A stretch of 64,000 nt of DNA. It comes from Malacoraja senta. Taxonomy: Eukaryota. The stretch spans positions 62,001-126,000 of the forward strand of contig JAXLNO010005735.1 in NCBI GenBank assembly GCA_038087875.1. The letters are read 5' to 3'. Within the stretch, counting starts at the first letter, position 1. Every line of letters begins with the position of its first letter. Under the pieces are notes generated by a model that worked only from the letters and a program-made list of their open reading frames with translations, was not told where the DNA came from and did not search any database. This document shows positions 38,791 to 52,225 of the stretch, in pieces. Position numbers and translations under genes: made by a program.

Positions 38791-40464
38791 TAATAAAACT
38801 AAACCTAATGAAGTAAGTTCCATGACGCAAGTTACAGATTCAGCAACGAAAAATATAACTGCCTGACAAACAGCGATCGTAGAAGTTTGATTCCAAGTAT
38901 GCTGCACTAACCTACACAAATGCTCACTTTTGAAGATTCCCTCGAACAATGCACAACTAAGGAATCTGATGTTTCACTCTGAAGACTGTTGACATACCCC
39001 AGAACTTAATTTCCAACCTATCTATGTATCATCAGCAATCTAGGCTACAGCGCCACCAGTCCCTTCATCTGCTCTTAATACCAACGATAAGTAGTTCACT
39101 TTCTTGCATTGATTCCCAACCTGCAGTTGCAGTTTCCCAACCAGAACACTCCTTTAAGACAACTCTCTGCTTGCTCTTAATTGTTTTTCCATTCATGCTA
39201 ATTATTACCCCCAATGTCATAAGCCATGTGCCTTTGCATCACTTGATCAGATATCTTATGAAAATCCAGATATTGTGGCGACATCTGGTGGTCAGGCCAC
39301 TTATTGCTAGAACCCTCGTCAGGGGAGCTGGGACTATCACGTGAGTGACAGGGTTTTGGTGGGAGTTGGTGATGAGTTAATCGCCAGTCAACTGGTGTGC
39401 CCGATAACAACGGCAGGAACTTTGCTCAAGTCCTTACTAAACGCGAGTGGGCCAAAACTGTATTTCTTTAAAAAAACATTGATTTGTTCACGACGTTTGG
39501 ATCTCTACAATATATTGTATTTCTTTTGTTTCTCATTCCAATTTTGTTACCTATTCTGCTTTTCCATCATTTTGTTTATGAATTTTAGGCTTTTCACACC
39601 TGCTGCTCGAATATACATTGTCTACGGGTTCCTGTTGCATTTTCAAAGAGTTCTAATCAATTTCTCAAACAAAGTTTGAAGAAGGGTCCCAAAACGAAAC
39701 GTCACCTGTCCATGTGTAAGAAGAAACTGCAAATGCTGGTTTACACCAAAGATGGACACAAATTGCTGGAATAACTCAGCTGGTCAGCCAGCATCTCTGG
39801 AGAAAAGGAATAGGTGATGAATCCATGTTCGCCAGAGATACTGCCTGTTCCGCTGAGTTACTCCAGCATTTTGTGTCTATTATGTATATTCTTTCCACTG
39901 ACTGGTTAGCATGAAACAAAAGCTTTTCACTGTACCTCAATACATGTGACAATAAACTAAACTAAAGCTTTTGTGTAAATCAGTATCTGCATCTCTTTCT
40001 TTCTACAATTTTCCTGATAATGCCCTGATAATGCACTTTATTGTTTTGTTATTACTTAAATGTTCTGCCATTATTGAAAGGAATCCAGCATTTTTCCCAA
40101 AACAAATGTTAGTTTATATAGGGTTAAAGCTTTCTGCTTTCAATTCACCTTCTTTCATGAATTAAGTTGTGGCTGTGATGGTGCCATATATCATAGAGTT
40201 GTACAGAACATATATTGTCCCTTTGCCATGCTGCAGAACTCCGTGATTCAAAACACCATATCATCTTATATACCTTGAAAAGCCCCAAATATAGACACAA
40301 AATGCTGGAGTAACTCAGCGGTCAGGTAACATCTCTGGAGAAAAGGAATAGGTGGCATTTCGGGTCGAGACCCTTCTTCACCCTGAAGTCTTCAGACAGT
40401 GCCCATCTATTTAGCTGCACAGCTTAACAATTGATTTGTAAAATTATGCATTCTTATTTTTCAG

Positions 40465-40572
40465 AAGGAAATAGGAAGAAAGACAGGCACATAGGCCTTA
40501 TTGCCGTGTGTGTGCTGATATTGCTGGCTATTGTCTTGGCAGTAATTGTTTTGTGGAGAAAAAAGAGGAGAG
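40465..40572 (+). CDS. MHC class I-like connecting peptide / transmembrane exon
   Basis: Acceptor ttcttatttttcAG, donor GTaaga, 108 bp, phase 1/1. (E)GNRKKDRHIGLIAVCVLILLAIVLAVIVLWRKKRR: about 22 hydrophobic residues followed by a basic stop-transfer cluster. Confidence 0.9.
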
Positions 40573-41204
40573 GTAAGATGGAAAAATTGTGATGCACTGT
40601 TGCTAGTAAAGGCTTGAAGAAATGATCGATCTCAAGTAGGATAAGGCAGCAGCTACACCTGAAATGCCTCGACAGTCACCACTGTCAACTAGCCTTTGTG
40701 CTGTTGTTAAATGTTTCTGATAATCAGATATTTAAAAATTGTGAATTCAGTGTAAAAAAAAGTTAAACATTATGGATTCACTGCCCCAAATCCTAGAAAT
40801 ATCAATGAGTCATTAAAAAGTACAGCATGGAAGCAGTCCTTTTGGCCCACCGTGTCCATGCCAACCACCAACCACCTGTTCTCATGAATTCTATCTCATT
40901 GCACCTTCTCATCCAGTCACCCACCCACTAGGGGCAATTTACAGTGGCCAATTAAACTATAAACTGACACATCTTAGGATGTGTGAGGAAACCGGAGCCC
41001 CTGGAGGGATCCAATGCGGTTACACGGAGAACATGCAAACTCCACATAGATGGCACTCAAGGTCAAAATTGAACCCGGGTCTGTGTCGCTGTGAGGCAGC
41101 AGCTCTACGAGTTGTGACACTGTGCTGCTCTGTTGGGGGCTCGCACTGTTCATGATCCAAGTCAGCTACGAGGCAGATTGGTTGCAGTTTAACATTTACT
41201 AGTT

Positions 41205-41500
41205 TTGTTTAGTTTAATTTAGAGATACAGTGATGAAATAGGTCCTTAGGCCCACCGAGTCTGCACTGACCAGCGATCCCCGCACATTAACACTATCCTA
41301 TACACGCACACCAAGCCAATTAACCTACATACCTGTACGTCTTTGGAGTGTGGGAGGAAACCTTAGATCTCGGAGAAAACACACGCGGTCATGGGGAGAA
41401 CGTACAAACTCTGTACAGACAGCATCAGTAGTCGGGATCGAACCCGGGTCTCCGGTGCTGCAAGCGCTGTAAGGCAGCAACTCTACTGCTGCACTCAGTA
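41205..41500 (-). mobile_element. HE1-like V-SINE (a second, older copy lies at about 40820-41130)
   Basis: Reverse complement of the SINE consensus. Confidence 0.8.
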
Positions 41501-42424
41501 GCTGCCACCAAGGCCGCTGTTGCTGGAAGACTCTATGTTTCTATGACTCAAAATTAAGTGGGAATGTGAGTAGTGGGAGAAATGGTTCAATGTGGAAAGT
41601 CGAATGAATGAGCAACAACATGACAGGTGGACTACAATGTGAAACAGGGCAGCACAGAGCCAGAGACCTGAATTAAATACCGACATCGGCTGTTGTATCT
41701 GTAGAGTTCGCATGTTGTTCCTGTGACCATGTGGATTTCCCCAGGTGCTCTGGTTTCCTCCCACATCCCCAAAACATGGTTTGGTAGGTTAGTTGTCCCC
41801 TAGATTGTGCATGATACAATGTGGGGAGAGCTGATGAGAATGTGGGACAAATATAGGATTAGTGTACATGAATGGTTGGTGCAGGTCAGTGGGACAAAGG
41901 CCATGTTTGTATGCTGCATATTTCCATGACTCTTTATGATGTAGAAAGATGTTGACTATTTTTGATTTATAAGATTGGGAAAGACTGTGAGGGACAGTGC
42001 TAGAGTAACTCAGCAGGTCAGGCAACATCCCTGGAGACCATGGATAGGTGACAATCTGGTTCGAGACTCTTCAGGCAAATTACAATGGGTATTCCTCCGC
42101 TTAAGTCTGATAGTAGTGTACAGATGCACCTCAACCACTGACTTGCTCAACAAGTGCTTAAATTAGTTGAATTAAAGTATGTTTGGAGTAACATGCAGCA
42201 GTCCTTAAAAACTACCATTTCCCAAATCCCAAGAGAGCTGGATGATCAGGGTTTTAGTGTAAATTCAAAGTCATCTATATCACTGATTTCTTGCCTGTGA
42301 TCACACTGTTGTAAGATATATTCTGGTGATGAATTGCAGTTCACTTTCCTCCTGTGTAAAGGAGTTATTGTGTTGAATATAACAAGTGGAGGCAAAGTCA
42401 GTGTAGGATTTAGAGTTTGTACGT

Positions 42425-42905
42425 AATGCAGCATGGTAGTGCAGCTGGTAGAACTGCTGCCTCACAACGCCAGAGACCCAGGTTCAATCTGGACCTCGGG
42501 TACTGTCTACGTGGAGTTTGCATGTTCTCCTTGTGACTATGTGGGCTTCCTCAGGGAGCTCCGGTTTCCTCCCATATCCCAAAGATGAGCAGGTGTGCAG
42601 GTAATCATCCTCGGTAAGTCACCCTGATAGTGTAGGGGGTGGATGGGAAATCTATTATGAATGGGTGATTGCTGGTTAGTATGGATTTGGTGGCACAATT
42701 GGCCTGTTTACACACTGTATCACTGTTTTCAAGAGAGAGTTAGATTTAGCTCTTAGGGCTAAGGGATTCAAGGGATATGGGGAAACAGCCAGATTGGAGT
42801 ATTAATTTTGGATGATCAGCCATGATTGTATTGAATGGCGGTGCTGGCTCAAAGGGCCGAATAGCCTATTCCTGCACCTATTTTTTTATGTTTCTATCTT
42901 TCTAT
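42425..42905 (+). mobile_element. HE1-like SINE followed by a CR1 3' tail
   Basis: SINE at 42425-42725, then ttcaagagagagttagatttagc...gcacctat...tttctatc. Confidence 0.75.
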
Positions 42906-44126
42906 TAAATAAACTAAATTGGAAGACAGAAGGTATTTACTGATGCATCTTCACACCAGCTGTAAATGTCATAAACTGTGAGAATTGATTGCAAATGTTA
43001 TACAATATTATAAACTAAACTGGGTGATCAAAATGACAAGATGGATGAAGAGCAGAGTTTTCATTGAAATAACAGACGTGCAGCTTTCTCGAGCACTTGG
43101 CCTTGGTTGTGTAATATTTCCTCTTCAAAATACAATGTTCCCTGGCATTTCTGGTCTGAGGCACCATTCAGCAAGTATATTTCCTGAAACGGAGGTTCTG
43201 CTTTCATGGTATCAAGATGTCCAACAGCTCCAGCACCCAGATCAGAACCTTGCCAAAACTAAAAATGCAGCAACAATTTAGTCATTGAACATCAACGACA
43301 TGCATATTTGAACTGAGGCAATGGTTAGCTTATTATCACTGTAAACCAGTCGTGGTCATGGGTCTGCCATTGTGGTCACTATTAGTGAGGGTGATTAACT
43401 ATCATGTAGCAGTGAAATGGAAAAGAATTGGCTTTTCAAGCCCACGGAGCCATAGAGTCATACGGCATGGAAATGGCCACCTCAACTTGGCCATGTCAAC
43501 CAAGATGCCATGTTTAAACTACAATTTACCTGCAATTGACCCATATCTCACTGAACCTTTCCTATCTACAGTATGTACCTGTCCAAGTGTGTTCTAAATG
43601 TTTTTTAATACCTGCCTCAACTCCTTCCGCTGGAATGTTCTTCCATATTTCCACTTCCTCTGGTTCCGAGTAACTCGTTTCCTTCTCACCTTAAACCTAA
43701 GTCCTCTGGTTCTTGATTACACAAGGCTGGTTAAAAGATTCCGTGCATTCAATCTATCTATGCTCCTTGATTTTATAAACTTCTATAAGATCACCCCTCA
43801 GCCTCTTGCGTGCCAAGGACTAAAGTCCAAGCATTCTCATCCTCTCCCTGAATCACAGGCCCTGTTAATGACATCCTTCCGATAGTGGAGTGACCAAAAC
43901 TTAACACATTACTCCAAATGTGACCTCACCAACATCTTGTACAACTGTAGCAGAACATCCCAACTTTTTTATTCAGTACCTTTCTTTTAAAATCTTTTTA
44001 TTGTTTTTTTTCAAAAAAACAAAAACAAAAATAAAACATAAAAAACAGAGCAAAAAGAATAATGATAAACATAACAATGGTATTGATACATAGGGATCAT
44101 GATTACATTAATAACAGGTATAAACT

Positions 44127-47100
44127 AATAGTAAGATTAAACGAGAACTTACCTAAGTTTGAAGTTTGATCTTTATTTTATGAGGAGTTACGTAGGTGAT
44201 TACGTGAAGAACCCCGCCAGTGCGCCAATCTTCAAAGCAGCGGTGTGAAATCACAAAAAACAACAACCGAAGTAATATAGTCTCATAATAAAACGAGTAA
44301 TACAAGAACTTCAATCTGACCTTTATGATAGAGGGTAGGGTCATGGCGGGCACGTAATCACCTACGTAACTCCTCATAAAATAAAGATCAAACTTCAAAC
44401 TTAGGTAAGTTCTCGTTTAATCTTACTATTTTACTTCGGAGTCACGTGAGTTACTACGTGAAGATTTTAAAGCTTTGTGATTTCATGCCGTAGATCAATC
44501 CCGGCTTCTCACTGCATAGATTGACTCGGAACGAGAATAATCAATCATGCATTCATAATAACATTTGTACCACAAATGCAGTCATTCATTTCAATAATGA
44601 AATTAATCAGATCCCCTTTAAACCAGAGGAATTTACACAGAACTTAAAATAGTTTCTGCACACAATCCCGCATTAACAATAGGCCGATGGTAAAAATGTT
44701 GAAACATCAACTCATTGGACCATCCGGCGGCTGCGAGGATATGGTCGACGGGGACGTCTTATGCCCTGGCCGCCGACATTTCTGCTGCCCTTATCGAATG
44801 AGACGTAAAAACATAAGTGTTAATATCAGCAGCTGTTATGACTTCTTTTATCCATCAGGAAATAGTCTGTATTGAAACTCTCTTGTGTGGTTTCTTGTGT
44901 GTGATTAACAACCCAGTTTCCGTATTTCTTAAATGCTTTGTGACCTCAATGCATTGTCACAAATATGTCTTAACACAGAGACAAGGATCATTTGGATATG
45001 CTGCTAGCATAATTTTAAATCCTGTCACACCTGGCCTAATTTGCTTTAATAGGTCATAGATATAGAATGTAACCTTGTCTTCAGTTACTTCCATAGTATC
45101 TATTTGTAATTTTCTAAGTGTTTGCACTCGTTGTGCAGTCACTCATGCCATAAGCATGAATACTTTCATCCTGAGCTTGACCAAAGGTAAAGACACACTT
45201 GGTGACCATTCACGAAGTAGTTTCAGTACCACACTTACATCCCAGATTGTCATGTACCTAGGTTTCGGTGGTTTGGAATTAAAGATTCCTTTCATTAGTC
45301 TGGAAAGAATTGGGTGTGACCCAATTGGGTTTATTTCTGAATCCAGAACCAAATATGAGGGCAATGCACTTATGGCTGAATTAATTGCACTACAACTCAG
45401 ACCTTCATCATAATAGAGTTTTGACAGATTTTCTAAACATTTGAAATATCTGCAGTACTATATTGCAAATTATTTTGTACACAGAACTTTTCCCATTTCT
45501 TAATATAAGAAAGGTACTGTTTTTGGAGTGCTCCTCCTCCAGGCTGCCGTAAGCATGTCCACAGTACGCTCAGACAGTCCTCGCCCCAGAAAAGGCCTTC
45601 TTAAACCTGCAAATCAACAAATCCAAAAAATCATTAGATTAGATAGATTAGATTAGATAGCCCTTTATTGTCATTCAGACCGAAGTCTGAACGAAATTGC
45701 AACAGTCATACATAAAACAACAATAAACACATATTAACATCCACCACAGTGAGTCCACCCAACATCTCCTCACTGTGATGGAGGCAAAAGTCTTAGGTCT
45801 GCAGTCTCTTCCCTCCTCTTCTCCCTCTGCGCTGAGGCGATACCCCCCGGGCGATGTTTCCCGCGGCTCAAACACCGCGGCCCGGGGTGGTCGATATAAT
45901 GGATGTTGTTTCCCTGTTACAGGGTGCAGCAATAAATTACTCCTTTTGGGGACTTTCATCAACATTTGTGTTGTTAATTCTAATATCAACAGATACCATG
46001 GCTGTGTAGGCCAATCTGGTATTACCAATAAACCTGAATCAGCATCTTGCCTGACTTTAAGCAAACACTGGCTTATAAGGCAGAAAAGTGGAAATATATA
46101 TGACAACATATCACTCCAATGTAGCGAGAAAGAATCAATCGCCACTGCTCCTGGATCTGATTCACATGAGACATATCTCGATAGCTGATGATTCAGCCTA
46201 GATATAAACAAGTCAATGTTGGGCATTCCAAATCTGATTACTATATCATTGAATACCTCTCGATTCAACATCCATTCTTATTATCATGGAACTTTCGTGA
46301 CCTGGTGTCTGCTATCGTGTTCATTCTACCTGGTAGATAGATAGCTGAAATCCAAATATTCTTTTCAATACACCCAGTCCAAAGTTGATTAGCCATTTTG
46401 TCACATGACCCTGACTTGATTTCATCCATATCATTAATATAGGCAATTGCTGTTGTGTTTATCAATCTGAACTTGGACATGCCTTTTAGTTGTGTTAGAA
46501 CAATAACCTTGGAGTCCATAGAAACATCCTAAAACTCCAAATAGTTAACTCCCCATGTCTGCAGTAACAATGACTCTTCCTGATTCCATCTGCCTCCGCA
46601 GCTAGATGCTAAGTCAGTTTCACCCCATCCTAGTGTACTGGCATCTGTTTGTAATATCATGGAAGGTTTGTTCAATCAGCACTCTGCTGGAACTGCTTGA
46701 GACATGTAGAATCCACCACTGCAGATCAGAAACAGCATTTGTTGTCAGTTGCATGGTTCTATCAAAATGACCAACATGCATTCTCAGTGCCTGTTCTTTA
46801 ACTCTCTGCAGCTGTTGATAATGTAATGGTCCGAATTGGACTGCTGGGAATGCTGCTACTAATTTTCCCAGTACTCAAGCCACCTGTCTGATTGAGGGGT
46901 TTTGCTCGTTTACCAGATTACTGCAATCTTTAATCAACTCCACCCTTTTTTCACTGGGCAAAGTAATTTTCATTTGGACTGAATCAATTGTGAACCCCAA
47001 ATAATCAATCGAGGTACATGGTGTTAACCTTGATTCCTTTGGATGAATTAGAAACCCCAAACTTTCAAAAGTTGATTTCACAACTGCCACAGATGCTTCT

Positions 47101-49147
47101 GTTGACTGTTTTGTCCTTCCTATTATCAGCACATCATCCAAAATATGCCACTAGTACATGCCCCTGGCTTCTTAGCAACCCCAGAACTGGTTTTAATAAT
47201 TTTGTGAATATTCTGGGAGCGGACATTAACCCATTAGGCAAAGCTTTGAACTGCCATAACTGGTTCATCCATGTAAATTTAAGATACTGAATATGTATCT
47301 TTTAAATCTATAGTTGCCATATGACATGCTTCTGAAATAAGTTGTTTGGCAGTCACAAATATCTCTTTTAAAATGTTTAAATTAAACAAAAGGATTCAGA
47401 CTTGTCAAGTCTAGAATAATCCCACATCCTCAATCCTTTTTTGATCGATGGAATATATTTAACACAAATTGGTGAATTTGGTAGACTGATTCTTCAATAA
47501 CACATTTTATATATAGGGTTTGAAACGCAGCTTGAACCTCCATCACTTCTTTTTGTGCAAACCATATGACAATTACAGCAGGAAAACAGGCCATCTCGGC
47601 CTTTCAAGTCCATGCCGAAGAAGTGGAGAATTCTGCTAGGAACATGCTGGACAGGCAAATCATAATTTGGATTGAATTCAATTCGAAATCCTTGTATACT
47701 ATTCAGAATTACCACATCTGAAGTAATCTTCCAATTGTTTATAGAAGAGACATAATCTGCCGCCAACTTTTGGACTTAATCCAGTTAGTATGTTCCCATG
47801 AGAACCAGGTCCACCTACCTCTTGAGTCATTTGAGTACTCTGAGATTCCTGGATTCTCCCGGAAGCACCCTCACTGGTTCTTGCTCCCGCTGCAGGCCGC
47901 CAGCTACGTCCCTGCGTTAATGTGCGACTTGGTCCTGTCCAGGATCCGTATGACATCTGAAAGGATATTCTTCTTTACAGACTTTTCAACCATTGATGTT
48001 TTCATCAATCCTGTTTTCGCTTCATCTTCCAACTCTTTAACACATCTCTCGAGATCCTCTCCAAAGAGTAAGTTGGGTAATTGTACATTACTTGGTTTGC
48101 AGAGTGCTGCGAATTTCGGATTCATAATAGGCCGTATAGCACCTTTCCTCGGACAATTGATCTCGAAGTGGGTGCTGCATAGCAACCCCAGTGCTTTCTG
48201 ATGCAACTCCGTCATCTCTTGGCTTTTATCCGCTATTCTGGCAAAGCAGTTATTCCAGCAGCTTTAATATTCTCTGCCATTTCAATTCTTGAGTTCTCAT
48301 AATCATACTCAACTCATATTTTCTTGCATTCTCATTCATTTCCTGCTGTTCCAGCTGATGGGAAACCAAGTAATTTATTAGGGAGGCCAATTCTCTTCTA
48401 ATGGCTCTCCTGACTCTGACGGGGCAGCGAATCATACTGCCAGGGGTGGAACATCTGTACATCACGTACATCACGGCTACTGTGACAAATCACATAGAGC
48501 CTCACCGTCAGAATCAGGGTCTGAAATCTCATGACCCGTGGCACGCTCCTCATCCCTGAGGGTGCATTCTATCAGCCCTGAACCAGGAGCTGTTGAGCTG
48601 CTTCCAGCAGCTTGGTTTTCAGTACACTCTTACCTGAGTGTGCTTTGCTCCAACAGCCTATGTAGCAGGCTTTCCATTTGGGCAATACGCTTTAAAAGCA
48701 GTATCTAGCCCTGGAGCTTCCATTTCCTGGGACTCCTCCTCCGTGGCCCGTTTCAATTCGGACTTGGCCTTGCGCCCGACAGGCGTTGACTGCCCCAGGT
48801 CCACAGTCGCTATGCTCACCGCTGACGACTGTACCGGGGTTAGAGGCGGTTGGTCGCTACCCGCAGACTCCCGACTTTCCCGACTTTCTGTCGGCTGTGT
48901 CGCTCGCCTCTTCCCCCTGCCCGTTTTTTCCCATGGCATCTGTGGAAGAAATCCCCACAGACCCACAGTAAACGGACATGAAAAAATACTAAAAAAGTTG
49001 TTACTTACCTTGTAGTTAAAAAACTACAAATCCACTGAGGAGCTCTGCTCCTCACGTCCGTTTACGACAAGGCGTATGACGTAATGACGCGCAGGCGCAC
49101 TGGCGGGGTTCTTCACATAGTCACTCACGTGATTCCGAAGTAAAATA
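44127..49147 (-). mobile_element. DIRS1-type tyrosine-recombinase retrotransposon with ITRs and ICR
   Basis: gag-like region at 47770-48966, RT (DDVLIIG, YLGFTIDS), RNase H (TDASTLGWG at about 46620-46650), MT-like domain (IDLFISRLNHQL...PDWPTQPWY), YR (HPILSRLMKG, TAQRVQTL). Perfect 80-bp inverted repeat 44127-44206/44351-44430, and the 5' terminus (49090-49147) matches both the ICR and the 3' ITR. Confidence 0.93.
45632..45890 (-). mobile_element. GC-rich non-autonomous retroposon family, copy 5 (inside DIRS)
   Basis: (ttaga)n tail and core acatccaccacagtgagtccacc...ctcactgtgatggaggcaaaagtc. Confidence 0.65.
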
Positions 49148-50056
49148 TGAGACCAGTGTCAAAATACACAATGAATATAGACCTCTCCATCTCTATGTAA
49201 ATATAGTTAAATCTTTAAAAGGAAACATAAATGTAAAAAAAAAGCAAAGATAAAAAGACAAAAAGAAAAAGAAAAAATAAAACCCCCCTAAACTAAAAAA
49301 AAATTAAAAAAATTGGATAATAATAAAATAAGAATAAAAATAAAATAAATAAATAAAACAAAACAGAGCAAAACCGAATCTGAACTGAGAAATTCAACAA
49401 TTTACGTCTGTTTGTCGTCAAGTCCGTACCACCCTATGAAGGTAAAATAATTTTTATAAAGGTTAAAGAGGGAACAATTTATGTTGTATGAAAGTGTTCA
49501 ATAAATTTTCCCCAAGTCTTATCAAATTGAACCAAGGGTTCAACAATGTCACTTCTGATTTTTTCTAAATTTAAACATGATATCGTTTCAGAATACCACT
49601 GGAGTGTGGTCGGAGGGTTGGAATCTTTCCATTTAATGAAAATAAATCTTCTGGCAATTAATGTGGTAAAAGCAATCAACCGATGGGCGGAGTGGGACAA
49701 ATTAATAGAATCTAACATTGGTAACCCAAAAATTGCAGTAATAGGATGAGGTTGTAAATCTATACCTAAGACTACCGAAATAGTATCAAAAATTTATTTC
49801 CAATATTTTTCCAAAAGAGGGCAGGACCAAAACATATGGGTCAGTGATGCCACTTCAGAGTTACATCTGTCACAGGTAGGATTTATATGACCATAAAAAC
49901 GAGCTAACTTGACTTCCGGTGGCGCTATGGAGGCTTGAGTCCAGTACCAACTAGCTCCGTGCCGAAGAATCTGAAAACGGGAGAAAATCGGGTCTTACCT
50001 GCAGCGATCGCGATCTGAACGGCTGCCTGCCGCGTGACGTCATCAGGCGCGCGACT

Positions 50057-51121
50057 TTGACGGTATGTCGACGCAACATACCCCTCCCCCGTGTGCCAAA
50101 AAAACCCGTTAAAGGGAAACCACTGATGGAAGAGGTAGGCCTAACTGAGGCCTCGGCCTCAGGTACAATGACGGCCCAGGAAGACCCAACGAAGAAATCA
50201 AAGCAGAAAAAGTCTGAAATTGAAGATCTTAAAACTTTTCTCGCTGTTGAAATTAAACAGATTCAACTACAGTTGAAAACCTTTGAAGGAAAATTGAATT
50301 TTAAAGAGGAACTTAACTCTTTTAAGGTAGATTTTAAAGCAGAAATGCTTTCTACCGTTCAAGAAATACTGGAAGTCTGGAAGAGGTCGAGGGACGATGA
50401 GGTCAAGGAACAGATGGAAGTGCTGGAAGCCAGGTTCGTTTCGGTGGAATCGAACGCTAATATGGAGGTGGTCCCCATTCATCAAGCACTTGATCAACAT
50501 AGAACAGCGATAACCGAACTTGAGAAATGGGCGGCGACAAGTGAGGAAACTGTAAATCGACTCCTTATTGAAAACCAACGCCTCTCCGGTATGGTGATCA
50601 AATTAAGTGATAAGTGTACCGATTTGGAGGGGCGTCAAAGACGTAAGAATTTAAGAATTGTAGGGGTGAAAGAAGGAAGTGAGAGGGAAATGGGCCCTCG
50701 GGATTTTGTGGCAGACCTACTACAAAAAGCCTTAAAATTGGATCAAAAACCTTCACTCGGTCGAGCACATAGAGCGCAGGGGCGTCGTACACAAGATGAT
50801 GCCCATCCAAGACAAATTATAGTAAAGGTGCAACTTGATCATGAATTTGACGAGATAATGAAGAAAATCGTCCGAAGCGGACAGCTCTATTTTGAAGGTG
50901 CGAGGTTCAGTATTTACCGAGATTATCCGGCAGAGGTCTTCAAGAAAAGAGCACTGTTCACTGAGACAAAAAGAATACTGAAGAAGGTACCTGATTTGAG
51001 ATACGGCTTGCTTTACCCCGCAAGACTAAGAGTCACCTACAAGCAGAAGGAGCACTTTTTTACAGACCATGAAAAAGCACTGGAATATGCCAAAGAAATC
51101 GGGAACGTGACCACAGACTGA
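50057..51121 (+). CDS. L1 ORF1p (coiled coil + RRM/CTD)
   Basis: Uninterrupted 354-aa ORF with DLEGRQRRKNLRIVGVKEG, AHRA, IYRDYP and GLLYPARLRV. The exact start codon is uncertain. Confidence 0.9.
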   Translation: MTVCRRNIPLPRVPKKPVKGKPLMEEVGLTEASASGTMTAQEDPTKKSKQKKSEIEDLKTFLAVEIKQIQLQLKTFEGKLNFKEELNSFKVDFKAEMLSTVQEILEVWKRSRDDEVKEQMEVLEARFVSVESNANMEVVPIHQALDQHRTAITELEKWAATSEETVNRLLIENQRLSGMVIKLSDKCTDLEGRQRRKNLRIVGVKEGSEREMGPRDFVADLLQKALKLDQKPSLGRAHRAQGRRTQDDAHPRQIIVKVQLDHEFDEIMKKIVRSGQLYFEGARFSIYRDYPAEVFKKRALFTETKRILKKVPDLRYGLLYPARLRVTYKQKEHFFTDHEKALEYAKEIGNVTTD

Positions 51122-51718
51122 AGAATTTACATTACTCCTCAGGAGTCAAGGATTAACGGGACTTCACCAGATTTAAAAGGACCTTTAAAGTTCTTTTAAG
51201 AGCTTTAAGGACATTCGAAAACCGAAATGGACGGTGGACATTGGAGAAAACCGTGGTTTTTTTTTATTTTTTTTTTAAATCTTTTTTTATTTTTAGTATA
51301 AACTTTAAGAACAATAATATCATAGTTGTGACCAATTGTTATTAATCACTATTACTATTTAGTATATTCATATCTAACTATATATGTAACTGCTAATACT
51401 TATTAAATATCTATATTACTACTAAAATTATTAACATTTATATTACTCATAAAAATTTAATACTGGGTATGATCGATAACAATGATTAATAACTAACAAT
51501 CTCTGGTTAACGTAGAAATGAGTTACATACTTATATTCTACAGGAAGATGTGCAAGAGGTAATTCAGCCTACGTCATAATAAGGTTTGACGGTTTTTCTC
51601 TTTATTTTTCAATTTAAAATTAAATTTATAGATTTAGCGAAGATATTAATATGGTATGTAGAGAATAATAACGTTGTGAATTTATGTTGTTTTCGGACTT
51701 TTCTGCAGGGATATGTGC

Positions 51719-51847
51719 NNNNNNNNNNNNNNNNNNNNNNNNNNNNNNNNNNNNNNNNNNNNNNNNNNNNNNNNNNNNNNNNNNNNNNNNNNNNNNNNNN
51801 NNNNNNNNNNNNNNNNNNNNNNNNNNNNNNNNNNNNNNNNNNNNNNN
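51719..51847. other. Assembly gap (129 N) in the L1 inter-ORF region
   Basis: Run of N. Confidence 1.
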
Positions 51848-52225
51848 TTTGCTACTCCCAAAGAAGTTAATTGATTGTCAGAAATATTCTTTCTTTTTTT
51901 TTCGGGCACGGAGCTGGGAATTTTTTTTTTACAAAGGCTACGGAAGTCTTTAGAATTCTAGCCACGTTAGTGTGGCTATCACTAACTACACTAATTGTAG
52001 ATGTAGTTTTTTTTCTTTCACCCTATACTAACCAATTCTATCACTTTTTTCACTTTAAATATTTTTATAACTTAATGTTTGAATGGAACAACAAGACTAA
52101 TTCAAGGAGATGTGTTCGGAAGAGCGATGTATCTGATTTTAAATTCATCTATTCGAGGTTCGGGAGCAGGGTCAGGTTTTATGTGTTGCACCTTCTGCTC
52201 GGTTATAGACCACCTTAGAAACAAT

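Noticed and set aside
44640-46271. Phage integrase and DNA methylase as bacterial contamination or horizontal transfer
   Set aside because: They are the standard YR and MT-like domains of the DIRS1 element, within its termini.
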